DNA from: Patescibacteria group bacterium
Lineage (GTDB): Bacteria; Patescibacteriota; Patescibacteriia; UBA9934
NCBI GenBank assembly: GCA_041666205.1
Contig: JBAYHI010000002.1
Location: forward strand, 64,725 to 128,724
DNA length: 64,000 bases
Direction of reading: 5' to 3'
The position numbers and the translations under genes are program-made. Below the pieces are notes generated by a model. It ran no database searches. It was given only the letters and a program-made list of their open reading frames with translations, and was not told the DNA's origin. Below are positions 40,579 to 49,137 of the stretch, in pieces (the first letter of the stretch is position 1; each line of letters starts with the position of its first letter).

Positions 40579-40662
40579 GCCGTACGGGCGGGGTCTCCCC
40601 GCCCGTCGTCGGGTCGGGGAACCCGACCCCTACAGCGTAAGGGCATGGCGTGCCATGCCTTT
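40579..40662. repeat. hairpin-pair intergenic repeat, copy B
   Basis: GTACGGGCGGGGTCTCCCCGCCCG...GGGTCGGGGAACCCGACCC-CTACAG-CGTAAGGGCATGGCGTGCCATGCCTTTAC between secF and the N-domain gene. Confidence 0.55.
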
Positions 40663-41569
40663 ACTTTTTCTGCCACTTCTCCCAAAGCACCAAGAGCGGA
40701 CTTGCGAGGAAAATGGATGAATAGGCGCCGCTCGTGATTCCAATGATGAGCGCGAGCACAAATGGGCGTGTGGATTCCCCACCGAAAATGAAGATGGCAA
40801 TCAAGGTAAGGAGCGTCGTGAGCGTGGTATTGATGGATCGCGCAAATGTTTGCACAATACTTGAGTTCACAATCTCGCCAAAGGAAACGTCAGTGTGGCG
40901 ATTCTTATGCAGATTTTCACGGGTGCGATCGAATACAACAATCGTATCGTTAATGGAGTACCCCATGATGGTGAGAATTGCTGCAATGAATGCGGTATCG
41001 ATTTGATAGCCCCAATAATGCCCAAGCACGGCGAATACTCCAACTGGCAAAAGAATGTCGTGCAAGCCTGCAAGAATCGTGAGCAATCCGTATTTCCACG
41101 AGGCAACTGGCTTTGAAACATGTCGAAATGCCCAGGCAATATAGGCAATGATGAGAACCGAAAGCACAATTACGGCAACGATCGATTTCTTTTTAAGCTC
41201 TTCTCCAAATGTCGGACCAATGGCTTCGTAGCGGAGTTCTTGCAAATCCTCACCATAAGTTACCTGCAAGGAATCCAAAAGCAAGCTGTGCTCTTCTTGT
41301 GTGAGCGTTCGTGTACGAATGAGCATGGTACCACTGCTGCTATTTTGAATCGTGGATTCATACCCAAAGGCCTGGATATTTGCCTGAAGATCAGAAATCT
41401 CAATTGCCGATGCAGGTTTGATTTCCAAAAGACTACCTCCGGTAAAATCGATCCCGAAATTGAGTCCGAAAATCGCAATTGCCACAATCGAACCAACCAT
41501 AAGCGCACCCGATAGGATGAGCCACACCCTTGAAAGCGAAATGAAAGGAAATTTTTCAACAATCGACAT
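40661..41569 (-). CDS. secF: protein translocase subunit SecF
   Basis: 302 aa, SecF periplasmic loop and 6 TM helices, immediately downstream of secD. Confidence 0.85.
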   Translation of the reverse strand: MSIVEKFPFISLSRVWLILSGALMVGSIVAIAIFGLNFGIDFTGGSLLEIKPASAIEISDLQANIQAFGYESTIQNSSSGTMLIRTRTLTQEEHSLLLDSLQVTYGEDLQELRYEAIGPTFGEELKKKSIVAVIVLSVLIIAYIAWAFRHVSKPVASWKYGLLTILAGLHDILLPVGVFAVLGHYWGYQIDTAFIAAILTIMGYSINDTIVVFDRTRENLHKNRHTDVSFGEIVNSSIVQTFARSINTTLTTLLTLIAIFIFGGESTRPFVLALIIGITSGAYSSIFLASPLLVLWEKWQKK

Positions 41570-41575
41570 ATGCTG

Positions 41576-43621
41576 TTATTTAGGTTGGCGAACGCCGTAA
41601 AGCCATGTTTTTCGCAAGAAGGACCAAATAATTGACCACTTCAAGAACACGCGTGTGACCGTCATGGCCGTAAGCATAGAAAGAAGGACACCGATACTCA
41701 GCGTGATTGCAAATCCTTTAATGGAACTCGTGCTCAAGAAGAACAAGACGGCTGCCGCGATGAGCGTTGTGAGGTTTCCATCGCGAATAGAAGTCCACGC
41801 GCGGCGGAATCCTTCGTCAATCGCTGTATTCAAATCGCGTCCGCTACGTAGCTCTTCTTTCATGCGTTCAAAAATCAGCACGTTCGCGTCCACAGCCATA
41901 CCCATAGAAAGCACAAACCCCGCAATACCAGAAAGCGTCATGGTAACGCCAAGCCATTTGTAGAGCGCGAGGTTCAATGCCGCATACACAGCAAGAGCCA
42001 AGACTGCTAACAATCCTGCATATCGGTAATACGCAATCATGAAGAGCGCCACGAGTGCAAACCCAACGAGTGCAGCTTTAATACTCAAATCAAGCGATGC
42101 TTGCCCGAGCGTTGGCCCAACGGTTTGTTGATTGAGAAGCGTGACAGGAACTGGAAGTGCACCAGCATTTAATCGTTGAACCAAAAGTTTTGATTCTGTG
42201 AGTGTGAAATTTCCTGTAATCGATGCGGTTCCGCCATAAATCGCTTCTTGCACGGTTGGCGTTGAAATGGCGCTTCCATCCAAGAAAATGCCAATCATCT
42301 TTCCAACATTTGATGCAGTGAGTTCTTCAAATTTCGTTCCGCCTTCGCTTGAGAAATTCAAGACAACATATGGTGCCCCGGTATTTGGATCAAATGCAAC
42401 CGCTGCATTTTTCAAATCTTTTCCGGAAAGCGTTGTATTGGTCCACGGATTTGTTTGAATCACGTCCGATGCAGTTGTGAGCGGCATTTTTACGATCGCG
42501 ATTTCATACGCTGGCACAGCTTTTGTGTCGCGTCGATAAATGATGTGATAGCCGAAGTCTGTTTCCACCACATCAGAAATCTGCCCATCGGTGAGAGCGA
42601 ACGCTGCAGTTTCGAATGGTTCAACCGTCATCCCCTTTTTGATCCAATCCAAATCCCCACCGGTTGGAGCCGACCCAGTATCTTCCGATACTTCGGTTGC
42701 TTTTTCCGAAAAATTCTTGGTGGTGAGTTGTGTTTTCAAATCCTGCGCCAACGTGAGTGCCTCGGCCTTGGTACGCGTATTTGTGCACCCCTGGGATTCA
42801 GCGTGACAAATAAGAATATGCGAAAGCTGTGCCGAATCTTCAGATTTTGTGGAAAGGAAATTCACGACAAGCAAATCGCTTGCATCCTCATAGACAAGAG
42901 GAATGATTCCGGTCTTATATTTCTTTGTAGCGATTTTTGATGCTAATGCCGTATACATGCCATCGTCGGCATTGATCCAACCAAAATAGCCGTTATTCCA
43001 TTTTGTGGTTTCATCGGTTGACGCCTCTTTTGCGAGCGTGGAAAAATCTTCTCCGTTTTGCGCGCGCTCCAAGATTGCGTCAGCGGCAGCTCGTTCTGTT
43101 TCTTGTGCCGCGTCAATTTGTACTTGTTGTTCTGCGGTTGGTTCGGTTTGGAGTTCTGATTCTGGCGTTTGTGTTTTGAATTCCAAAATTGGCGTTTCCC
43201 CAATCATTTTAATTGCGCTCTCAACATCAAAGACGCCAGCAAGTTCAACAATAATCCGATAGTGTCCACCGGAAATATTGGTCTGAACCACTGGCTCGGC
43301 AATCCCAAACGCGTTCACACGACGTTCAATGACTTCACGTGCACCTTCAAGCGCTGTGGCTTTGTCGGCTTCGGCGATCGCGGACATATCGGCCTCGTAG
43401 ACAAGATGCGTTCCACCCTGCAAATCAAGCCCGAGCTTGAATGGATTCTCCGAAAGCGTTGGCCCAAAGCCAATTGCACTCACCGCTTTATTCCATGGAC
43501 CCGGGTATGCAACCGATCCCATGAGCAATGAAACAATGATGATGCCAAGGACCGAAAGGTGCAGATTGCGTCGTAGGTGCGTTTTTTGTTGATTCATACC
43601 AAAAAAAGTTTGTGACGCCAT
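41576..43621 (-). CDS. secD: protein translocase subunit SecD with inserted parvulin-type PPIase domains
   Basis: SecD motif LGLDLQGG and C-terminal 6-TM region. Periplasmic region contains a clear PpiC/parvulin domain (GGDLDWIKKGMTVEPFETAAF...DFGYHIIY) and a degenerate second one. Start at MASQTFFG or MNQQKTH. Confidence 0.8.
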   Translation of the reverse strand: MASQTFFGMNQQKTHLRRNLHLSVLGIIIVSLLMGSVAYPGPWNKAVSAIGFGPTLSENPFKLGLDLQGGTHLVYEADMSAIAEADKATALEGAREVIERRVNAFGIAEPVVQTNISGGHYRIIVELAGVFDVESAIKMIGETPILEFKTQTPESELQTEPTAEQQVQIDAAQETERAAADAILERAQNGEDFSTLAKEASTDETTKWNNGYFGWINADDGMYTALASKIATKKYKTGIIPLVYEDASDLLVVNFLSTKSEDSAQLSHILICHAESQGCTNTRTKAEALTLAQDLKTQLTTKNFSEKATEVSEDTGSAPTGGDLDWIKKGMTVEPFETAAFALTDGQISDVVETDFGYHIIYRRDTKAVPAYEIAIVKMPLTTASDVIQTNPWTNTTLSGKDLKNAAVAFDPNTGAPYVVLNFSSEGGTKFEELTASNVGKMIGIFLDGSAISTPTVQEAIYGGTASITGNFTLTESKLLVQRLNAGALPVPVTLLNQQTVGPTLGQASLDLSIKAALVGFALVALFMIAYYRYAGLLAVLALAVYAALNLALYKWLGVTMTLSGIAGFVLSMGMAVDANVLIFERMKEELRSGRDLNTAIDEGFRRAWTSIRDGNLTTLIAAAVLFFLSTSSIKGFAITLSIGVLLSMLTAMTVTRVFLKWSIIWSFLRKTWLYGVRQPK

Positions 43622-43653
43622 TCTAGTCGACTGCCATAAATTTGCAAGGGGTC

Positions 43654-44010
43654 CTATTCGTTTGATTTTTTGAACGTCACGCGGAATGACGGGTACCACT
43701 TCTCGTTATAATCATCAACAATTTCGACTTCTTTATTTTCCACGTACATATTGAGCGCCAAATCCGCCAGGAGTTCGAGATCGGTATCGATATCGACTTT
43801 GAGCTCTTCCATGCGCGCAATATCGGCTTTAGAAATTGCTTTCACTTCATTTTCAAGTGCCTTGCGATCGCCTCGCAACGCTTTGAGTTGATCTTCGATT
43901 TCTTTGAATTTTGGACTGGCTTCAAGTTCGCTATGGATTATTTTTGCGATCTCGGCTTTTTCCTTTTTATTTTTGGCAAGACGTTTATAGACTTCTTGTA
44001 GTGTTGGCAT
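43654..44010 (-). CDS. hypothetical coiled-coil protein
   Basis: 118-aa Lys/Glu-rich helical ORF, no motif. Confidence 0.35.
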   Translation of the reverse strand: MPTLQEVYKRLAKNKKEKAEIAKIIHSELEASPKFKEIEDQLKALRGDRKALENEVKAISKADIARMEELKVDIDTDLELLADLALNMYVENKEVEIVDDYNEKWYPSFRVTFKKSNE

Positions 44011-44043
44011 ATATTTGTGGAACGATTATATCACACCACCCCC

Positions 44044-44096
44044 GTGTCATTGCGAGGAGGCTTTAGCCGACGAAGCAATCTGCTCGAGCGGATTGA
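44044..44096. repeat. GTCATTGCGAG...CGAAGCAATC palindromic repeat (half-copy plus loop)
   Basis: GTGTCATTGCGAGGAGGCTTTAGCCGACGAAGCAATCTGCTCGAGCGGATTG; full copy at 48316-48401; related to the GIY-YIG element inverted repeats. Confidence 0.55.
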
Positions 44097-44148
44097 CAAA
44101 CGCAAGAAAAATCGACAAGATTGCGCCACGTTCAACATAGGAGGACCC

Positions 44149-44601
44149 GTGCCTGCTATCAAACTGCTCAGGGAGTTACGAAGGATTCAACTGAATCCCC
44201 GACAGCTTCGCAAGATTGCGGTCGGTACTGCCCTGTTCCTGATCGGGCGTGTGCCTGAAGTACAGAACGAGACAACAAAGCCCGAACTCGAGCCCATCCT
44301 GATGAAGCTCAAGAAATGGATGAAGGATCCGGCCTATCCCATCCCAGTGGACGAGCTTGTTCGGAAGGCAACAGAGGCATACGTCCTGCATGGACTGCCA
44401 GATGTCGACTCCGACATCTGGAGGATCTGCGCGATCCTCTTCTGGACTATGCAGAGCTTCCGGGATGACACGGATCGCCGCGCCATCGAGCTCGCCGTGG
44501 AGCGCGTCATCAGCTTCTCGTTGGGGCAAGAGGCACCGCGAGCCGCCTGGGAAATCCGACAGATGATCGAGGATTCCCAGACCGACACAGATTCCAGCTA
44601 G
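44149..44601 (+). CDS. hypothetical protein Q1 (GC-rich module)
   Basis: About 150 aa from GTG preceded by an AGGAGG SD site; the track's N-terminal extension is read-through of the repeat. Confidence 0.4.
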   Translation: MPAIKLLRELRRIQLNPRQLRKIAVGTALFLIGRVPEVQNETTKPELEPILMKLKKWMKDPAYPIPVDELVRKATEAYVLHGLPDVDSDIWRICAILFWTMQSFRDDTDRRAIELAVERVISFSLGQEAPRAAWEIRQMIEDSQTDTDSS

Positions 44602-44653
44602 TTACGCCTTCTTCTCGGGCCGTCACCCCTCGGTGGCGGTCTTCGACGTTTAA

Positions 44654-45184
44654 ATGGGTGAATGGATTGACAAAATCGAAAAAAAGATGCAGAATTCACC
44701 CGATTCGCCTAGCGAATTTGAGAGAAATCTCCAACCTGCCGGAGGGCAGATGCATTCGTTGGAACAGCTTCGAGAAATGAACGAGAAACTCACCCACATG
44801 GAGCGGTGTCGGGCAGCGATCTACTACATCACGCAGGAACGCTTGAAGCTCGAGACGATCGGCGACGAGCCGTGGAGCCACTTCGACGGTGTGCTCCGCG
44901 ACGTCGAAGCTTTCGTGAACGAAGGCGCAGAGCTCTCGGAAGATCTGCACAGGCGGGCCGAAGAGGTGTTCGTGCTGGGGGCGCAGATCTCGCACGAGTA
45001 CAAGCGTCTCGGCGAAGCACTTTTCCTCGTCGCGCATCTCGTGTTCTTCCGCGAGGCCACAACTTCGAGCCAAGTCTTCTTCGAGGCCGTCATCGCGGCA
45101 TTCGAGAAGCCCGAGTTCGAATGCACGATTCTCGGCCCGGTTCCCGAGCTCGGCCCCGACTCCCGCATGATCTCGGAGATGTAG
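44654..45184 (+). CDS. hypothetical protein Q2 (GC-rich module)
   Basis: 176-aa helical ORF, no motif. Confidence 0.4.
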   Translation: MGEWIDKIEKKMQNSPDSPSEFERNLQPAGGQMHSLEQLREMNEKLTHMERCRAAIYYITQERLKLETIGDEPWSHFDGVLRDVEAFVNEGAELSEDLHRRAEEVFVLGAQISHEYKRLGEALFLVAHLVFFREATTSSQVFFEAVIAAFEKPEFECTILGPVPELGPDSRMISEM

Positions 45185-45308
45185 AGCTCAGCCCCCTCGT
45201 CTCGGCCGCCATCCCACTCGGGCTGGCGGTCGTCGCTTTTTTACCGAGATCCTCAAGGCGGGACTCCTAGCCCTCCGACCTGTACACCGAAGCCTTGGCG
45301 AAGGGGGG

Positions 45309-45337
45309 TTGACTTTTTTGAAATTTCAGCGCATAGT
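45309..45337 (+). promoter_or_regulatory. sigma70-type promoter TTGACT-N17-CATAGT upstream of Q3
   Basis: -35 and -10 boxes with 17-nt spacer about 55 nt upstream of the GGAGGGG SD site and ATG at 45393. Confidence 0.4.
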
Positions 45338-45392
45338 CATTCAGTTTTGGTGGTTCTGTTCTTGACCGAAACAACATTCTCCTGGAGGGGAG

Positions 45393-45908
45393 ATGGCAAA
45401 ACTGAGTCGGCATCTGCCGCTCGACATCCGCAGGCACCTTGAGACGGAATTTGCAGATCCGGATGCACAGCGTCTCGTACGCATTGCATTCGTGCTTTGC
45501 GAACTCACGGAAAGGTGCATGTATCGTGAGATTACGGATATGGGTGAGCTCCTGCACCATCCGGCCATCAAGGCATTAGTCGCGCTTGGCAACTACATCG
45601 GTGCCGATAATATCGAGCAGGCGGAGCACTGGCGCCCGGAGATCGAGTGCTTCTCTCAAGCAGAAATCGAACGCGACTATTTCGAAAACCTCTGCACCTA
45701 CCACGGATCAAAGGCAATCCGTCACACCTGTGCACTCCTCATCGAAGACGATCCGCGTGAACGGTGCGATCGACTCCTCGACGTGATCCGTCACACGCGC
45801 GATGCGGTTCTCCACAGCGACCCGGACGGCATGACCGTTACCCTCGCCTGGGGGAAAATCCGCACCGTCATCCTCCGAACCTGCAACCACCGTGGTTGCA
45901 TCCTCTAG
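45393..45908 (+). CDS. hypothetical Cys/His-rich protein Q3 (GC-rich module)
   Basis: 171 aa with scattered Cys/His pairs (CELTERC, CTYHGSKAIRHTC, NHRGC); no known motif. Confidence 0.4.
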   Translation: MAKLSRHLPLDIRRHLETEFADPDAQRLVRIAFVLCELTERCMYREITDMGELLHHPAIKALVALGNYIGADNIEQAEHWRPEIECFSQAEIERDYFENLCTYHGSKAIRHTCALLIEDDPRERCDRLLDVIRHTRDAVLHSDPDGMTVTLAWGKIRTVILRTCNHRGCIL

Positions 45909-46071
45909 CGCCTCCTTACGGCGCAACCTAAAGACCACCCCTTCCTCCTTCGCTCCTTCGGAGCTACGGAGGACAAGCAGGGTGGCCTTATTCGTTTCAA
46001 TGGACGTTGCATCCCCCTTCGCTCTTCGAGCTTCGACGGGACAGGTGCAACGTCACTACGGCAAGGATTTT
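45909..46071 (+). other. GC-rich structured non-coding segment (three nested stem-loops)
   Basis: GCGCC-TCCTTAC-GGCGC; CCACCC...[GCTCC-TTC-GGAGC]...GGGTGG; CGTTGCA-33nt-TGCAACG containing GCTC-TTCG-AGC; then a T-rich stretch. Confidence 0.3.
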
Positions 46072-46821
46072 TTAAATTTGAATCTTTGAAAACAAATGAC
46101 TCCCAATCACCAACACAATCGCTGTTGCGATTCCCATGACGGCAAAATCAATTCCCAAACCAAAGTGACTTACTCCAATCAATCCCCCACGCAGCCCGTC
46201 CACTGCATAGGAGAGTGGATTCAAATAAACGATCCGCTCCATCCAGCCACTTAATCCAGCAAGTGGAAAAAGAGCGCCGGAAAGAAAATAAAGCGGCATG
46301 ATCAAGAAATTCATGATGAGTTGGAACCCGCTCGAATCTCTCAACGTTGAAGCAATCGCTGTTCCTACAGCCGTAAAAAATAGCGCGGTTATGAGCATCA
46401 TGAGAAATGCAAGCAGAGCCCCTGCGATACTCACCGGGTGAAATCCAACAATAAAAGAAATGAGGAAAATGACTGTTCCTTGAAAAATGGCAACCGTGGC
46501 GCCTCCGAGTGTACGACCAATCATAATCGAGAGACGAGAAACCGGAGCTACAAGGGTTTCCTTCAAAAATCCAAATTGTCGATCCCAGATGATTTCAATC
46601 CCAGAAAAAATCGAGGCAAACAGTACGCTCATGGCAACGATTCCTGGCACCAAAAATTGAATATAATCCCCTTGCCCTGCCTGCTTGAACACCGAGCCAA
46701 ATCCATATCCCATGGCAAACAGGAAGAGAATCGGCTGGCCGAGTGAACCAACAATGCGCGTTTTTGAACGGAAAAATCGTTTGAGTTGTCGGAGCCAAAG
46801 AATGTAAATTGTTGTAAACAT
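46072..46821 (-). CDS. ABC-2 type transporter permease
   Basis: 249 aa, 6 TM helices, ABC-2 family pattern. Confidence 0.75.
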   Translation of the reverse strand: MFTTIYILWLRQLKRFFRSKTRIVGSLGQPILFLFAMGYGFGSVFKQAGQGDYIQFLVPGIVAMSVLFASIFSGIEIIWDRQFGFLKETLVAPVSRLSIMIGRTLGGATVAIFQGTVIFLISFIVGFHPVSIAGALLAFLMMLITALFFTAVGTAIASTLRDSSGFQLIMNFLIMPLYFLSGALFPLAGLSGWMERIVYLNPLSYAVDGLRGGLIGVSHFGLGIDFAVMGIATAIVLVIGSHLFSKIQI

Positions 46822-46831
46822 AATTTCAAGG

Positions 46832-47617
46832 TTAGCGCATCATCTGACGATGTTGACGCATCTGGTTGAATCCTGCGTCCACGCTTTCTTCGCGAATGTC
46901 GTGGCCGGTAAGCGAAAGAAATGCTTCTTCAAGCGAGCCCGCATTTGCTTTCTTTTTGATTTCATCGGGCGTTCCGCGCTCCACGATTTTGCCGTGGTCA
47001 ATGATCGCTACTTCTTGCGCAACTTTTTCCGCTTCTTCGATGTAGTGTGTTGTAAAGAAAATCGTGATCCCTTCTTTTTCATTGAGGTGCTTGATGTAAT
47101 CCCAAATACGATTGCGCGTTTGTGGATCGAGTCCTTGCGTTGGTTCGTCCAAAAAGAAAATCTTTGGATGATGCAAAAGCCCGCGCGCAATTTCCAATCG
47201 ACGCTTCATACCACCCGAGAAGGTTCGCACGATATCGTTTTTACGATCCGAGAGCTCCACGATTTCTAATAGCTTGTCAATGCGTTGCTGACGAACTTCT
47301 TTTGGAACTCTGTAGAGCACCGCGTGGAACCGTAAATTCTCGAGCGCAGTCAGTTCCTCATCCAAACTTGGATCTTGAAAAACGATTCCAAAGGAGCTTC
47401 GCACCTCCCGCTCGTCGTGCACAGGATCAAATCCATTCACCGCAATGGTGCCCGACGTTGGCTCCAAGAGCGTGGTGAGCATTTTAATGGTGGTGGTTTT
47501 CCCTGCGCCGTTTGGCCCCAGGAATGCAAAAATTGAACCGGCTTTCACCTCAAAGGAAATGTCGTCGACCGCGTTTGATTTTCCAAACGTCTTGATGAGA
47601 TTTTTAACTTCAATCAT
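46832..47617 (-). CDS. ABC transporter ATP-binding protein
   Basis: Walker A GPNGAGKTT, signature FSGGMKRRLEIA, Walker B FFLDEPT. Confidence 0.85.
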   Translation of the reverse strand: MIEVKNLIKTFGKSNAVDDISFEVKAGSIFAFLGPNGAGKTTTIKMLTTLLEPTSGTIAVNGFDPVHDEREVRSSFGIVFQDPSLDEELTALENLRFHAVLYRVPKEVRQQRIDKLLEIVELSDRKNDIVRTFSGGMKRRLEIARGLLHHPKIFFLDEPTQGLDPQTRNRIWDYIKHLNEKEGITIFFTTHYIEEAEKVAQEVAIIDHGKIVERGTPDEIKKKANAGSLEEAFLSLTGHDIREESVDAGFNQMRQHRQMMR

Positions 47618-47626
47618 AAATTTTAT

Positions 47627-48322
47627 CTATTCTTTCTCAATCACCGTACGAAACGCCTCTTCGGCTTTTCCTTTTGAAACTCCGAATTTACCAAGATGCG
47701 CCACGACTTTTTCGATTTTCTTATTGTTCCCGCAGAAATTTGAGATATCCTCATCGAGTCCGACGAATCGATAAAGTTTCTGCCAAAGTGCTTTGCGATC
47801 CATGAATTTCTGCACCGAGTGCTGTGAGATTTTCCAAATTTCTCCATCAATCCCAAATCGCCAATACATCCAGAGCTGCACAAAATGAAAAACGTCTTCA
47901 GCTTCTTCGTGCATGCCTTGTTTGTTCCATTTGAGAACCTCATCGACGTATTCACGGACTTCAGAAAAAACCCGACTCAAATTGATGCGTTCCCCAGACG
48001 TATATTCTTTGATATAAGCGCTGATTTTCATATTCTTGTTTGTGAGTTCTGCGTGATGCGCTCTATTCGTTTTTCCGAAAAATTCTATACTCTTTTCGTC
48101 ACTTTGCTTTTTCATTTCATCGGTCATCTCATTCCAATTCTCCCAAATGCGCCGTTGTTCTTCCTTCGTCGGTTCCTCATGGATGAGTTCAATTCCCGTC
48201 TCCGCGCGCCAACGGTGAACTGGGTCATTCAATAATTTTTCTGCCTTTTCCGGGTAGAACTTTTTGATTTCGTCGATGTTGTACGGACGCTGGTACATAA
48301 ATAGGTCCATTTCCTGTGTCAT
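47627..48322 (-). CDS. hypothetical protein (AT-rich island)
   Basis: 231 aa from MTQEMDLF; Trp-rich, no motif. Longer track ORF starts inside the palindromic repeat. Confidence 0.45.
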   Translation of the reverse strand: MTQEMDLFMYQRPYNIDEIKKFYPEKAEKLLNDPVHRWRAETGIELIHEEPTKEEQRRIWENWNEMTDEMKKQSDEKSIEFFGKTNRAHHAELTNKNMKISAYIKEYTSGERINLSRVFSEVREYVDEVLKWNKQGMHEEAEDVFHFVQLWMYWRFGIDGEIWKISQHSVQKFMDRKALWQKLYRFVGLDEDISNFCGNNKKIEKVVAHLGKFGVSKGKAEEAFRTVIEKE

Positions 48323-48401
48323 TGCGAGCCCAGCCATGCTGGGCGAAGCAATCTACTCGAGTGGATTGCTTCGTCGGCTGGGGGCCTCCTCGCAATGACA
48401 C
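48316..48401. repeat. GTCATTGCGAG...CGAAGCAATC palindromic repeat, full copy
   Basis: Two imperfect arms of about 36 nt (GTCATTGCGAGCCCAGCCATGCTGGGCGAAGCAATC / GATTGCTTCGTCGGCTGGGGGCCTCCTCGCAATGAC) around loop TACTCGAGTG. Confidence 0.6.
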
Positions 48402-48408
48402 AAAAAGT

Positions 48409-48711
48409 TTACGATTCTTCCAAAATAATTTTCTTCTTAAACCCACCACGTTCTTTCAGCTTCTTTGCCTTAACCGACGCGAGTTTCCGTTTATTGAATT
48501 TTTTGTGTTTACACATCGCCTCGAGGACTTCCAAAATATCCGCCATTTCTTCTACAGATTCGTCTTCATTGAATTCCGCAATTTCTTCTTGCAATTTTTC
48601 CTTGAGCTTGAGCCAATACTCTTTTTGCGTGGCAATATGCACAATCGGCACACCGCCGTTGCGTTTTATAAGTTGCGGAATCTTGTCACGAATGAGCTTA
48701 TGGTATTTCAC
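48409..48711 (-). CDS. MazG-like all-alpha NTP pyrophosphohydrolase
   Basis: 100 aa; pattern MKYxKLIRDKIP...EExADILEVL...ERGGF typical of small MazG/HisE-like NTP-PPases. Confidence 0.55.
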   Translation of the reverse strand: MKYHKLIRDKIPQLIKRNGGVPIVHIATQKEYWLKLKEKLQEEIAEFNEDESVEEMADILEVLEAMCKHKKFNKRKLASVKAKKLKERGGFKKKIILEES

Positions 48712-48715
48712 ACGT

Positions 48716-49129
48716 TCAGATTATTTTTGAAAGATCCCCGTTGATAATCACCGGCTTCACGGCTTCGATTTCTGTTTTGTAAAATTCAATTTCCGGAATC
48801 GGATTTAAAAGAAAAATCTTTTGGTTGAGCACATGAGCAAATCCAATTTCCATGAGCGTATTCCCGCCAATGTAATTTTTAATTCCATGTTTGTCGACAT
48901 TTAACACAAGAATCGCATCCCCATTTTGCATTGGCTTCCAAAATTCCCGGATTGCATCATAATTATTTTTGTGATCGAGCTTCAAAACCTCTTTTTCTTC
49001 GTCGCTCTTTCCAATATAGGCGTCCACGAATCCAGAAACAAATACCTGATGCCCTAATGCAGTAAGCTCATCACGAACTTCAAGCATTTTTTCTGCGAAT
49101 TGCATACTTCCACAAATTCCAATACGCAT
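48716..49129 (-). CDS. nucleoside 2-deoxyribosyltransferase/Rcl-like protein
   Basis: 137 aa; N-terminal IGICGSMQFAEKM resembles the DNPH1/Rcl and NDT CGS motif; paralog at 49609..50034. Confidence 0.45.
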   Translation of the reverse strand: MRIGICGSMQFAEKMLEVRDELTALGHQVFVSGFVDAYIGKSDEEKEVLKLDHKNNYDAIREFWKPMQNGDAILVLNVDKHGIKNYIGGNTLMEIGFAHVLNQKIFLLNPIPEIEFYKTEIEAVKPVIINGDLSKII

Positions 49130-49137
49130 AGAGAAAA

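Noticed and set aside
44017-44148. N-terminal 44 codons of track ORF 44017..44601 (and similar extensions at 5253-5348 and 12581-12763)
   Set aside because: These stretches translate the palindromic repeats ([33 protein letters not shown]). Starts with an SD site downstream of the repeats are preferred.
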